DNA of 64,000 nucleotides from a bacterium (GTDB lineage: Bacteria; Armatimonadota; Zipacnadia; Zipacnadales; Zipacnadaceae): the NCBI GenBank assembly GCA_030602615.1, contig JAUVZM010000004.1, positions 17,170 through 81,169 of the forward strand, given 5' to 3'. Within the stretch, counting starts at the first letter, position 1, and every line of letters starts with the position of its first letter. A program made the translations under genes and the position numbers. Shown in pieces: positions 1-9,438 of the stretch. The notes beneath the pieces are model-generated. The model did not search any database and was not told where the DNA came from. It saw only the letters and a program-made list of their open reading frames with translations.

Positions 1-11
1 CCAATAATGCA

Positions 12-434
12 ATGATCCGACTGGCCGAGCCGATACTGGATGATCTGCACTGGGTAGGCCAGGGCCGGCCCCTGGTCATGCCCCAGCCGGCTGAGCTGGA
101 GGTGCCCGCCATCGTCGTCGAGCCGGCCATCCTCGACCAGCCGATGGGTGAAGGTACTAACAAGAGCGTCCGGCAGGACTATCACTTCCGCATCTACTAT
201 CTGGAGCGTCCCGCTGCCGGCAGCCGGCGCAATGAAGCATTTCTGGAGCGGGTCAGCGAGCTGTTCAGCCTGCTGAGCCGTGATATCTACCTGGGCGGGA
301 CCTGCTGGTACGCCCAGATTATTCGGCTCGATCCCGACCCGCCGGTGCAACAGCACCTGGCCGAACAGGGCCTGAGCGTTGATGTGGCCGAGATCGAGCT
401 GCTGGCCCGGTATCTGCAGATCATTCCTGATTAG
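12..434 (+). CDS. phage virion protein (neck/tail-completion-like), possibly 5'-truncated at window edge
   Basis: 140-aa ORF immediately upstream of tail-tube-like gene and co-oriented with it; no motif recognised; TAG stop. Confidence 0.3.
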   Translation: MIRLAEPILDDLHWVGQGRPLVMPQPAELEVPAIVVEPAILDQPMGEGTNKSVRQDYHFRIYYLERPAAGSRRNEAFLERVSELFSLLSRDIYLGGTCWYAQIIRLDPDPPVQQHLAEQGLSVDVAEIELLARYLQIIPD

Positions 435-508
435 CAGCACCCGTAGACAAACAAGCTGTACGGAACTTTCGACTATCACCAGCGGACGAAGCCGTCCGCA
501 TCAATAAG

Positions 509-1426
509 GTGGTGCCCAGTATGCCAGTTGCACTTTCACACCAAGGAGCCTTCGGCTTTGCCCTGCAGTCCAGCAAAGGCAGCTTTGTCCAGCCTGATAC
601 CTGGCTGCCGCTCATCGAGCAGGGCCGCGGCGAAGCCGATACCCTCCAGTTTCAGCACAACTACGTGCCCCTGGACTTTGCCGATGTCAACGCCTACCAG
701 AGTAAGTACTTCTCGGCGGGCCAGTGGGCCGAAGGCCGCCTGCGTTTCCCGCTGATTCCCGGCGCAGTGGCCAATCTCTTTTCGTGGATTCAGGACCGCG
801 ACAGCTACAACCAGGCCCCGTGGGCCTCGGCGGTGATTGACTGCATCCAGGAGATCAAAAAGCTCACCGACCTGAAAGTAGTACGGGCCACCTTTGACCT
901 CATCAAGGGTGAGCCGGTCATCTGCACGCTGGATGTGGCCGGTTTGAGGATGGAATCGGGGACTGTGCCCACACCGAACATGCCCACGGCCGCGCCCTAT
1001 ATCTTCCAGGAGGCGACAGTCGAGCTGGCTACCGGCGGCGGTGGCCTGGCCGAGGATATCAACTGCGAGAAGATGCACATCGTGGTGGATACCGCCCTGG
1101 AGGACATTGACGAGGGCCTGCGCCTGGCGGCTACTGCCGAGCCAGTGCAGCTCTACAACCTGGCCGGCGTGCGCTGCTGGGGGGCCTTCAGCCGCGACTT
1201 TGTGGACAATGCGGTATATGCTGACTTTGCCAGCGGAGTGGAGGCCGCTCTAACCGTGACGCTGCAGCGCGATGCGGCCACCGCCGAGCTGGAACTGCCC
1301 CGCATTCTGCATACCGCTGACGACCTGGGCCTGCCCGGCTCGCATCGCCAGCGCATCGTCGAGAAGGTTGACTTCCTGGCTCTGGGCAGCACCGACGGCG
1401 TCACCCCACCGATAACCTTGACCTAA
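509..1426 (+). CDS. phage major tail (tube)-like protein
   Basis: 305 aa; SD aaggtgg 8 nt upstream; Gly/Thr/Ala-rich beta-type composition; sits directly before a chaperone pair with slippery site, the canonical tail-gene order. Confidence 0.35.
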   Translation: MVPSMPVALSHQGAFGFALQSSKGSFVQPDTWLPLIEQGRGEADTLQFQHNYVPLDFADVNAYQSKYFSAGQWAEGRLRFPLIPGAVANLFSWIQDRDSYNQAPWASAVIDCIQEIKKLTDLKVVRATFDLIKGEPVICTLDVAGLRMESGTVPTPNMPTAAPYIFQEATVELATGGGGLAEDINCEKMHIVVDTALEDIDEGLRLAATAEPVQLYNLAGVRCWGAFSRDFVDNAVYADFASGVEAALTVTLQRDAATAELELPRILHTADDLGLPGSHRQRIVEKVDFLALGSTDGVTPPITLT

Positions 1427-1461
1427 CTATCTCACGCCGACAGCTCTCCGGGAGGCATACC

Positions 1462-1923
1462 GTGAGTGAACGAGATAAACTTGCTGCCTGGATAATCAGC
1501 GCTGCCGGTCGGGACTGTACTCATCGCTTCGAGGCGCCCGTTGAGGTGCCCGGCTGGGATAAACCGCCCTGGGTGGAACTGCGGCCGCTGACTGAACGGG
1601 AGCACCTGGAGCGCGAGAGCCTGGGCGTCCGGGACGAATACCACCTGGACGACAACGGCTATGTGGATAGCATCGAGCGGCGCTACGACCTGGCGGCGAT
1701 GACCGGCTACGACTACGACCGCTGCCTGGTGGCTTTCTGCCTGCCTCGCGAGAATAGTGATGGTGAGATAGTTCCCTGGTGTAAGCCCGACGATTTGCGC
1801 GCTGAGGAGCTGCTGGACAGCTTGTCACCGGCCCTGGCTGAATGGCTTAACCACCTAATCGAGCAGGTCAACATGCGCGATCCTGCCGGCCAGCGGGTGC
1901 TACAGGCAGTAAAAAAAACTTGA
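1462..1923 (+). CDS. tail assembly chaperone-like protein (G-like), GTG start
   Basis: 153-aa acidic ORF ending ...QAVKKT* on an A8 run; position between tail-tube-like gene and downstream fibre genes. Confidence 0.4.
   Translation: MSERDKLAAWIISAAGRDCTHRFEAPVEVPGWDKPPWVELRPLTEREHLERESLGVRDEYHLDDNGYVDSIERRYDLAAMTGYDYDRCLVAFCLPRENSDGEIVPWCKPDDLRAEELLDSLSPALAEWLNHLIEQVNMRDPAGQRVLQAVKKT
1911..1923 (+). other. slippery run aaaaaaaac + TGA: candidate -1 programmed ribosomal frameshift site
   Basis: A8 tract 1911-1918 in frame as A AAA AAA; the -1 frame is open from here for 124 codons (ORF 1920-2294). Confidence 0.4.
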
Positions 1924-2294
1924 TAACTGCCGCCCGTAGGCTGGTCCAGGGCCTGACCGTCTCTGTGACCGACTTCCTGGCTGCGCCGCCAGAGCCTGCC
2001 GCGACAGACCAGCTTCGCGAGGGCCACGATTTTCGCGACCAGAGCCAACTGGGCAAGCTGCTGTCGCGCCTGCAAACAAGCTCACCGCACGGCGATAAGC
2101 CTGCGAATTCAACCTGCCTGCTGGCTGCTAAACTGACGGCAGCGGTGCTGGATGAACTACAAATGTTTGAGTATACCGGCTTGCTGCCGGGCGGAGGCTG
2201 GTCACAGCAGCCAGCCTGGCGCACCGAGCTGTGGCGGGCCTACTGGCAGGCGCAGCTATCCGCACAGCACTGGAGCCAACTGCAACCCGAGTGA
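1920..2294 (+). CDS. -1 frame extension ORF (GT-like) of tail assembly chaperone
   Basis: 124-codon ORF in -1 frame overlapping stop of 1462-1923; no own ATG/SD (annotated start is TTG). Confidence 0.3.
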   Translation: MITAARRLVQGLTVSVTDFLAAPPEPAATDQLREGHDFRDQSQLGKLLSRLQTSSPHGDKPANSTCLLAAKLTAAVLDELQMFEYTGLLPGGGWSQQPAWRTELWRAYWQAQLSAQHWSQLQPE

Positions 2295-2948
2295 TTATGC
2301 GCAATGAATGAGCCTTTCCAATATATGCAGCCAGGCGCCGCTGGCCCGAGCCGAGGCTTGCCAGCCAGCCGCCGCTTTCCCCGTCTGCCGTGGTGGCTGG
2401 GCCAAATCTTGCCCGCACCGCGCTCCGGCGCGGCGCCGCCCGGCAGGCGAGGTGCTCCTCTCCCCCGCGCCCTGGCGCTGGTCGCTCCGCAAGCTGACCG
2501 ATCCCCTCCCGTCGCCAGCTTGCCCGACCGGCCGCCAGGCCGGGGAGAAGCACGGCGGATGCTGGAGGCGAGAGGCGGGAAGCGGGAAAGGCACCGCGGC
2601 AAGGTGCTCAATACTCAGTTCGACGCCAGGAGATACGGGGCCCCACTGCCCACGGCTTCCACGCCCCTGGCTAACAGCATCATGCCGCTGTCACCTGTGC
2701 TACCAGCCTCGCGGGCCTGGCGCAGTATCCAGGTCGGCCAGCCAACGCTACCCAATGAGCCAGCAGGGCCGGTCGCGGCGCTGGACGCTGAAGCAGAGTT
2801 CAAAAGCCAACCGGGCAGTCGCAGTACCACCATTGTCCCGTCGCAGCCTCCGCGTGGGGAAGTCGAGCTGGAGAGTGATGGGCACCGCGAATACAGTATT
2901 GAGTTAGCTCGATAGCAGCAGATTTATTATCAGTCGCTATCCCCCATC

Positions 2949-3022
2949 GGTAGGAGGGACATTCCTGTCCCGACCGGCACGGCCAATTCGCAAACCGTCG
3001 CGGCAGGAATGCCGCTCCTACC
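2949..3022. repeat. REP-B element copy (ggtaggagggacat...gccgctcctacc, ~74 bp, inverted termini, two internal hairpins)
   Basis: near-identical copies at 8981, 14996, 20434, 20550, 32767; same family flanks the RAYT gene. Confidence 0.8.
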
Positions 3023-3047
3023 AGCCAGTTATTGCAAAGGCCAAATA

Positions 3048-6000
3048 ATGGCACTTGTCAATCCGGGTCTGGCTGACCGGCTCGAGTCAGCCACAAATGC
3101 AGTGCGGGGCAAAGAGGCGGCGGCGCGTGACAACCCCTACCCGCTGGGGCTGTATAAAGCGCTGGTCAGCTATGCGCTGCTGATGATCATCGCGCTGCTG
3201 TGGCGACCGGACGGCACTAACGCGCTGGACTACGATGACGCCCAGCGCACCAGCGACGAGAACTTCTTCAAGCAAAAGGCGGTTCGCTTTCTGGCGTGGT
3301 ACCTGAACCTACTCCGTCAGGAGCCGGTACGCACCTGGCCGCAGGTGGAGACACTGGCCCAGTGCCTGGACGATTTGACGACAGGCGAAGAGACTGACTG
3401 GCCACTGCGGAGTATTGAGCTGGGCGGGCGGCGTGGGATAGCGGTTGATCGCACACTGGTCGCGGGCGGGTCAGCCGAGTTTGAGACTCCCGACGGCATA
3501 ATCTCGGCGGATGTCTATCGCGCCCGTCAACCGGACGTGGCGCTGAATGGCGTGTGGCTGTATCTGATGGAGGAACTCAGCGACAGCGGGCAGCTTCAGG
3601 GCCGCTATGCGCTGATGGTGGCGGACGAATATTGGGGCCAGCGCATCCAGCCGGCCGAGTTTATCGCCGCCCCCTTCGAGGAAGAGTTCGTGATGGCCTA
3701 CTGGCTGGAGGGCGAGATTCGCCACGACGGCGTGCCCCAGGAGGGTGCCAATGTCAGCCTGGAGGTGACGCTGCAGACCAGCGAAGATGGCCTGATAAGA
3801 TACTGGGACAGCGAAGAGTACAACGAGCTGGTCTACTCGCCTTCGTTGGAGACCTATGTGTGTGGAGCCACGGTTCGGGCACCTATCCAAACGGCGCCCG
3901 ACGGGCGCTGGAGCTTCATTGCCCCCAAAGGCCACGGGGCTATCTATCAGCGCGACGGCGACTGGCGCGACGAGTCGCCAGAAACTCGCCAGCAGCCGCT
4001 GAGCCGCTATGTTGAAGAGATAATGGTAGCCTACTGCGGGCGGAAGGTGGCGGTGGCCGAAGGCAGCCCGGCGCTTATTGATATTTGCAGCGGTAAGCTG
4101 ACCATCACCGCTACTCCCGACGCTTGGCTGCGCGTGGGTACGCTGGACGACGCCGGCCAGAGCTATCAGGTGCCGCCGTCGGGGACAGTGGAGATAACCG
4201 GCCTGCCGGCAGGCGAGCACAACATCGTCCAGTTCAAGCGCACCGTCGGCGGCGACTGGGACGCCTGCTGGGGCTGCCCGCGAGTGATAGCACAGGTTAT
4301 ACCCGCAGAGACAACCGCCGTGCAGATGCCACCGCTGGAGTACTACTCCTCGGCGGGAGCTCTGATGTGCGGGCGAGTGTACCTGCGACCAGGCGTTCCC
4401 GCGGCGGGAATTGACATCACCATTGTTGATACCGAGTTTGGCGAGATCGTGGGGGTGGCAGCCGCTACCGATGATACCGGCTACTGGTCGGTGGAGAGTC
4501 CACCGGAGGGCCTGGGCGGCGACCTGTATATCCTGGACGAGCAGTGGGGCAGCTTGCCCATTATTGGTTTCCCCTATACAGACGTGGTGCTGGGCGCTCG
4601 CGCCTACGCCGGCTGGATGGAGGACTTCAAACCGGAATGCTGGCGGACGGGAAGCTATGGTCACCATAACTTCCAGTACATTGACAAGCAGATTCACATT
4701 GAGGACAACGATACCGGGCGCAAATATCCCACCGAGGAAGCGCCCTACGGGGGGTATCTCACCAAAGAGATTCTGTCCAAGTACAAGTATATCGCGGACG
4801 TCCTGGAGCTGCTGATCTACGGCGCGCAACTCAAAAGCTATGCAATCGTCGCTGGCGAGGAGGTGCTGGACCCCGACTTTCACCTGCGCTCGCAGTCGTT
4901 CGAGGAGGCACCCACGCTGGCCGGCGCGTTCCGCGCTACCGGCTACTATCCGGAGACCAAGTTTCTGTTCGGCGGCAAAGTTAAGGCTAACCTAGTCAAG
5001 CACAGCGACCAGCGATTGGATGAGGACCAACCAGAGGCGGCGCGTGTCGGGCTGGAGTTTGGTGCGCTAAAACCGTATGTGGAACTGCGCCAGATTGAAC
5101 AGGAGGCGACTGGCTTCGGCGACCTAATCTGCCCGTACTGTGGGGGGCCGGCTCAGCGCGACCGCGGACAGACGGTGCCGCGGGGTTTCTGCCTGCAGTG
5201 CGCCTATTACTTCAGCCTGCCGCAGGCGATGGACTGCCGCAGCTACCTGCGCAGCCCCACCCTGGTCAGCAGCAGCGAACGGCTGGGCCACCGCGTGCTA
5301 ACCGGCGCTACCCAGCGCGACATCCAGCAGGCAGTTGACTATCACTGGCGGCCTGACCTGTACGATGAGACCGAGGCATTCTTGACGCAATCCGGCCCCG
5401 GTCAGGCTACCAATGCACCGCGCTGGTTCGCCAAGCACCTTAACGAGGTCGGCGACGGCAAGGGGCTGGGGCAGTTTGATGGCGACCAGACGCCCTCGTT
5501 TATTCCCGGGCACGATTTGGACTACTTCGGCGCGCTGCCCTACAGCAATCGCGACCTGGGCCTGGCCCAGTTTAAGCTGGCCTTCGCCAGCGGCTACCAG
5601 GTGCCCAGCGACTTCACCGTTGAGATTGACTGCCAGCGGGCCGACGACGAGATTGAGACTATCACGGTGACCATCCCGCAAGGCACCCGTGGCCCCTCAG
5701 TGCTGGATCCGTTCGGCGAGGTTATCCCGCTGCGGCCGGTGCCCAAGCTCCTGGCCGAAGCCAAGGACAGCCCCTACCCCGAGTGCGGCTTCTATGAGGC
5801 AGTCACCGACATTCGCCTGATTGAGCCGGAAGAGGCGCCGGGCTGCCGCTTTACCATCATCGCCGACGTTCCGTTCCTGGCTCACCCGCAGGGCGTGCTG
5901 GTAGATAGCAAGCAGGCCAGCTTGGTAGCGCTGCAGATAGGTGGGGTCTACGGGCGGCCCCATATATTCGAAGATGCCGTCGGCCAACTGTTCCTGTTCG

Positions 6001-6212
6001 ATGTGCGCGAGGGCAACATTCGCATGCGCCGCAAGGGCGGTCTGACCAGTCCCTGGGAGGCGCCGCGCTGGGTGACCAGTGAGGGCAACAGTGACTATCC
6101 CTGGGCGGATAAGGACAGCCGCGGGCGCATCATTCTCAGCTATCAACAGGGTCCCAGCCAGGTCAAGCTACTGCACTCATCCGACGACGGGCACACCTGG
6201 GAGGAGGTCTAG
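3048..6212 (+). CDS. large phage fibre/receptor-binding-like protein with carboxypeptidase-regulatory-like beta-sandwich, zinc-ribbon (CPYCGG...CLQC) and C-terminal BNR/Asp-box repeat; ends at in-frame TAG
   Basis: 1054 aa from ATG 3048 (the first ATG at 3009 lies inside a REP-B copy); motif GRVYLRPGVPAAGIDITIVD...TDDTGYW; Asp-box SSDDGHTWEE at extreme C-terminus. Confidence 0.5.
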   Translation: MALVNPGLADRLESATNAVRGKEAAARDNPYPLGLYKALVSYALLMIIALLWRPDGTNALDYDDAQRTSDENFFKQKAVRFLAWYLNLLRQEPVRTWPQVETLAQCLDDLTTGEETDWPLRSIELGGRRGIAVDRTLVAGGSAEFETPDGIISADVYRARQPDVALNGVWLYLMEELSDSGQLQGRYALMVADEYWGQRIQPAEFIAAPFEEEFVMAYWLEGEIRHDGVPQEGANVSLEVTLQTSEDGLIRYWDSEEYNELVYSPSLETYVCGATVRAPIQTAPDGRWSFIAPKGHGAIYQRDGDWRDESPETRQQPLSRYVEEIMVAYCGRKVAVAEGSPALIDICSGKLTITATPDAWLRVGTLDDAGQSYQVPPSGTVEITGLPAGEHNIVQFKRTVGGDWDACWGCPRVIAQVIPAETTAVQMPPLEYYSSAGALMCGRVYLRPGVPAAGIDITIVDTEFGEIVGVAAATDDTGYWSVESPPEGLGGDLYILDEQWGSLPIIGFPYTDVVLGARAYAGWMEDFKPECWRTGSYGHHNFQYIDKQIHIEDNDTGRKYPTEEAPYGGYLTKEILSKYKYIADVLELLIYGAQLKSYAIVAGEEVLDPDFHLRSQSFEEAPTLAGAFRATGYYPETKFLFGGKVKANLVKHSDQRLDEDQPEAARVGLEFGALKPYVELRQIEQEATGFGDLICPYCGGPAQRDRGQTVPRGFCLQCAYYFSLPQAMDCRSYLRSPTLVSSSERLGHRVLTGATQRDIQQAVDYHWRPDLYDETEAFLTQSGPGQATNAPRWFAKHLNEVGDGKGLGQFDGDQTPSFIPGHDLDYFGALPYSNRDLGLAQFKLAFASGYQVPSDFTVEIDCQRADDEIETITVTIPQGTRGPSVLDPFGEVIPLRPVPKLLAEAKDSPYPECGFYEAVTDIRLIEPEEAPGCRFTIIADVPFLAHPQGVLVDSKQASLVALQIGGVYGRPHIFEDAVGQLFLFDVREGNIRMRRKGGLTSPWEAPRWVTSEGNSDYPWADKDSRGRIILSYQQGPSQVKLLHSSDDGHTWEEV
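6210..6212 (+). other. single in-frame TAG separating 3048-6212 from 6216-6518 (same reading frame)
   Basis: ...gag gag gtc TAG acg ATG cca...; Asp-box repeats continue on both sides. Confidence 0.7.
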
Positions 6213-6215
6213 ACG

Positions 6216-6518
6216 ATGCCAGCCACGCTATCATATCCGATGGCCTTTGAGCACAATGGGCTTCTCTACCTGATTGGTTACCGCGGCGGCGCCCAGTATC
6301 TGCGGCGCAGCGCCGATGGCGGGGCCAGTTGGCTCCAATTTCCCGACGGTGAGGAAGAAAAGCTGGTGGCAGCCCGCTCCGACGCCGATCGGGTGGCTTT
6401 CGTTAAGATGGACACACAGGGCTGCCGGCTGGTGGTGGGCGTGCCCAACTATCCTGATATTGACATCTATATCTCAGCCGACGATGGCCAGAGCTGGGAG
6501 CTGGAGGCGTCGCTATAA
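6216..6518 (+). CDS. BNR/Asp-box repeat protein, probable in-frame continuation of upstream fibre gene (readthrough or nonsense-split)
   Basis: 100 aa with SADGGASW and SADDGQSW Asp-boxes; same frame as 3048-6212; stop overlaps next ATG (TAATG). Confidence 0.45.
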   Translation: MPATLSYPMAFEHNGLLYLIGYRGGAQYLRRSADGGASWLQFPDGEEEKLVAARSDADRVAFVKMDTQGCRLVVGVPNYPDIDIYISADDGQSWELEASL

Positions 6519-8812
6519 TGGCACAGCGCGTATATCCGGTTGCCAAAGTGGACCTATACGAGCCGGGCCGCGAGTATCGGGTCACCTACGACGGCTTCGC
6601 CCAGCATGATGTCATCGGCGACCTGATACATTCCAATCGCATAACGGTCCAGGCCACCGATCTGGGCGCACTGGGCCGTCCCGGCCTGCAGGTGCCCTCG
6701 GCGATGCTGGTGGACCACGCCAAGGTTAATGCGGTCATTGCCCGACCGTTTCTGGATACCAGCCAGTCCATCGGGCTGGGGCACTTCACCACGCAGGGCG
6801 GAGCCTGGGTGGCGCTACCCGACCACGGCCTGCAGGGCGAGGTTCAGCTTTTCCAATACGATGGGACAGCGAACGAAGTAACCGGGGCGCTGAGCAACTT
6901 CACCCTGCCGACCAATCCGGTGTTTGCCATTTCACTGTATCGCAGCGACCCGCCGCCGGATCACAACTGGAACCAGGCGCCGCCGTGTACCGAGATTCAC
7001 TTTGGGGTGGCGGAGACCGACGAGTGGGCTTTGTGCATTCCCTACGGCGCACCGATGTTTATAATGCGCCGGCAGGGCGGGGTGTGGTACAAGGCGGCCA
7101 ACTCGGAGCGGTCGGTGCGAGTTCCCACGCTGGAGGGCTTCAGCGCTGGCCAGCGGCTACTGCTGTGGATGGGAGTGTGGCGGGGCAAGTTCGTCTTCTC
7201 CACGGATGCCTTCGCCGAGGATATTTGGGTATATGAGATCCCCGGATGGGAGCTGCGCGCGCGCTGCGGAAAGATATCCATCTTGCACAACGCCGGGCAG
7301 TATATGTTCTCATTTTTCCCTATTGCTATGCCGACGGCGGTGCTGGACAGCGAGGCGATTGAGGCCGGGTACGACACCCAGGACAGCAGCGGCGAGCTGG
7401 GGCTTAACTACCGCCACGTGGCGGTTATTAACGACTCAGGTGATCCGCTGCGGGAGGTGGAAGTAGAAGATACCACCGACTCGCGCGAGGACCTGACCAA
7501 TACTCAGCGGGCGTGGCGAGCCACCCTTGCGCCATACGTGCACAGCCAGGACAATGTGGGCATTGATCCCGACAGCGGCCTGCCGGTCGGCTTCCAGACG
7601 ATGATCTCGCCGCAACTGTTCAGCGTGACGATCGGGCAGTATCCGCAGGTGGATGAATTGGAGCCGCTGGACAAGCTGGATATCGCCCCGTACGTGGAGA
7701 GTACCGCCGGCGACCATTCCGATCGGCTGCGCGGGGTGCGCTACGACCTGGCGCTGGACAATCAACTGGGGCAGTATGCCGACATAGAAGAATACCGCAA
7801 GATTTCAATTGACCTGGGCTGGCAGCTCTCCGACGACTCGCAGCAGCTTACGCGGACTGTAACCGGCTATCTGGTGGCGCCACCGCCCACCGTCTACGGG
7901 GGTGGAGAGGCGGAACTGGAGGCGACCATCCTCGATGACATTGTCCGGTTACGCGATGAGAAGTGCGACGGACGAGTGCCGATCTTTGATAACTGGCTGG
8001 TTACCGACGTCTTTCACTGGGTGCTGGACCGCTGCGGGATACCGCGCAGTGCCCAATCACTGGAGGATACCGGCCAGCGCCTGTCTATGGGCGAGCCGGA
8101 AGAGCCACTGTGGGCAGTAGAAGCGGGCCGTTCGTGGCTGGAGTTGCTAGAGGAAGTGGCGCGCTACGACCACGAAGCAGCTATCTTCTTCGACGAACAG
8201 GGCAACTTCGTCAAAGCCTGCCCGCACTGCCGCCAGCACCGCACGGCTGAGGATGTTACCGAGCACGATGGCACCCCGGACGGGGCCTGTGACAGCACCG
8301 TCTCCTGGTATCTGTACACGCGGGCCTCAGCCGCTCCCGATCCGACCGGGCCGGGCGAGATTCTGGCGGTGCGCAAGCCGCGACTGAGTCTGTCGGCCCG
8401 TGACTATGTGAATTACGTGGCGGTGTGCGGCGTAGGAGAAGATGGGCGGCCTATCCGCTCGGTCGTCTACGATCCCGCCTCGCTGTATGACCCCAGCTCA
8501 GATGAGTTCGTGGGCTGGCGGAAGATGGAAGTCCAGGCCCTGCCCAACTACACCACTCAGGCCGAAGTCAATCGCCTGGCCCAGGAGATCTTCAGCAAAC
8601 GCTCACGGCGGCCGGAATTTATTAACGTACTGACGCCGCTGGAGCCGCGTATGAAGATTGGGCAGGTGCTGGTAGTACGTGGTGCCGAGCAGGTTAGCGC
8701 CACTGACCAGGCCTACCGCATCGTCGCCCTGCACCACACCGCGCGGCGCGAGAAGCGCCGACTTGCCGTAACCAGCATCAAGGCCCGCTGGCTGGCCGCA
8801 GAGGAGAGCTAA
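6518..8812 (+). CDS. large phage tail/baseplate-associated hypothetical protein
   Basis: 764 aa; translationally coupled (ATG overlaps upstream TAA); W/Y/G/D-rich beta composition; no catalytic motif recognised. Confidence 0.45.
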   Translation: MAQRVYPVAKVDLYEPGREYRVTYDGFAQHDVIGDLIHSNRITVQATDLGALGRPGLQVPSAMLVDHAKVNAVIARPFLDTSQSIGLGHFTTQGGAWVALPDHGLQGEVQLFQYDGTANEVTGALSNFTLPTNPVFAISLYRSDPPPDHNWNQAPPCTEIHFGVAETDEWALCIPYGAPMFIMRRQGGVWYKAANSERSVRVPTLEGFSAGQRLLLWMGVWRGKFVFSTDAFAEDIWVYEIPGWELRARCGKISILHNAGQYMFSFFPIAMPTAVLDSEAIEAGYDTQDSSGELGLNYRHVAVINDSGDPLREVEVEDTTDSREDLTNTQRAWRATLAPYVHSQDNVGIDPDSGLPVGFQTMISPQLFSVTIGQYPQVDELEPLDKLDIAPYVESTAGDHSDRLRGVRYDLALDNQLGQYADIEEYRKISIDLGWQLSDDSQQLTRTVTGYLVAPPPTVYGGGEAELEATILDDIVRLRDEKCDGRVPIFDNWLVTDVFHWVLDRCGIPRSAQSLEDTGQRLSMGEPEEPLWAVEAGRSWLELLEEVARYDHEAAIFFDEQGNFVKACPHCRQHRTAEDVTEHDGTPDGACDSTVSWYLYTRASAAPDPTGPGEILAVRKPRLSLSARDYVNYVAVCGVGEDGRPIRSVVYDPASLYDPSSDEFVGWRKMEVQALPNYTTQAEVNRLAQEIFSKRSRRPEFINVLTPLEPRMKIGQVLVVRGAEQVSATDQAYRIVALHHTARREKRRLAVTSIKARWLAAEES

Positions 8813-8821
8813 GCTGGATAA

Positions 8822-8908
8822 TTCATGAACGGATTCTGCGGGAAACCCGCTTTTTGAAAAAAGCCGGTTTCCCGCACCCTTCCGGCAAAAACTTCAATAG
8901 TGGAACAG
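8822..8908. repeat. REP-A element copy 1 (cataaacggattttgcgggaaacccgctttttgaaaaaagccggtttcccgcac...ggcaaaaactt..gtggaacag); bidirectional terminator-like
   Basis: GC stem-loop gcggg-aaa-cccgc followed by T5 on + strand, and gcggg-aaa-ccggc followed by T6 on - strand; 10 nt after stop of 764-aa gene. Confidence 0.75.
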
Positions 8909-8910
8909 GT

Positions 8911-9083
8911 GTCGCGGCAAGAATGCCGCTCCTACCGGACGAGGAGGGACATCCGCGGACCTCACTAGCACCAACACGTTGGTAGGAGGGACATTCTTGT
9001 CCCGATTGATACGCCAATTCGTGTATCGTCGGGGCAGGACCCGCCTTCGCCAAGGCTACGGCGGACGTGATGCCGCTCCTACC
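8911..9083. repeat. cluster of partial and complete REP-B copies, with embedded repeat-C segment (9040-9072)
   Basis: right-end fragment 8911-8936, left-end fragment 8938-8962, composite full copy 8981-9083 interrupted by a ...ccgccttcgccaaggctacggcggac... insertion. Confidence 0.7.
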
Positions 9084-9117
9084 GGTTTTGTAACAGTCCC
9101 AAACAATAGGAGCTGAG

Positions 9118-9342
9118 TTGATGACAGATGTCGCCGCCATACGCGAACAGATTGATCGCCAGATCCGCCCGGGCCAGTCGGGTAGCGCCACTGTGCCCAA
9201 CCGAACACCCGGTTCCGGGGTGATTGGCACTACCCGCACCACCGTCGCCAATCGCTACGACTGGGACGAGGCCAGCAACCACCACTACGCCCTCTACGGT
9301 CGCAGCCGCTACGCACAGGGCAGATATATCGGTATCATCTAG
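9118..9342 (+). CDS. small hypothetical protein
   Basis: 74 aa; good SD (aggagctgagttgATG); followed 9 nt later by REP-A copy 2. Confidence 0.3.
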   Translation: MMTDVAAIREQIDRQIRPGQSGSATVPNRTPGSGVIGTTRTTVANRYDWDEASNHHYALYGRSRYAQGRYIGII

Positions 9343-9350
9343 CTCCAGAA

Positions 9351-9438
9351 TTCATAAACGGATTTTGTGGAGAACCCGCTTTTTGAAAAAAGCCGGTTCT
9401 CCGCACCTCTCCGGCAAAAACTTCTAAAAGTGGAACAG
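9351..9438. repeat. REP-A element copy 2
   Basis: sequence identity to other copies; divergent stem (gtggagaacccgc / gccggttctccgc) keeps pairing: compensatory changes. Confidence 0.75.

Noticed and set aside
2304-2915. 203-aa and 199-aa overlapping plus-strand ORFs
   Set aside because: Extremely Pro/Arg/Ala/Gly-rich in both frames, no start context; treated as non-coding GC-rich DNA, possibly a tape-measure remnant. Retained only as a finding.
3471-4883. 470-aa minus-strand ORF inside the 1054-aa fibre-like gene
   Set aside because: Antisense shadow ORF typical of high-GC DNA; Arg/Ala/Gly-rich, no motif; the sense-strand gene has coherent domain content.
8911-9083. Possible CRISPR array (repeated ~25-75-bp units with short spacers)
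   Set aside because: Units are fragments of the palindromic REP-B element with irregular spacing and no cas genes; same element is dispersed singly elsewhere.
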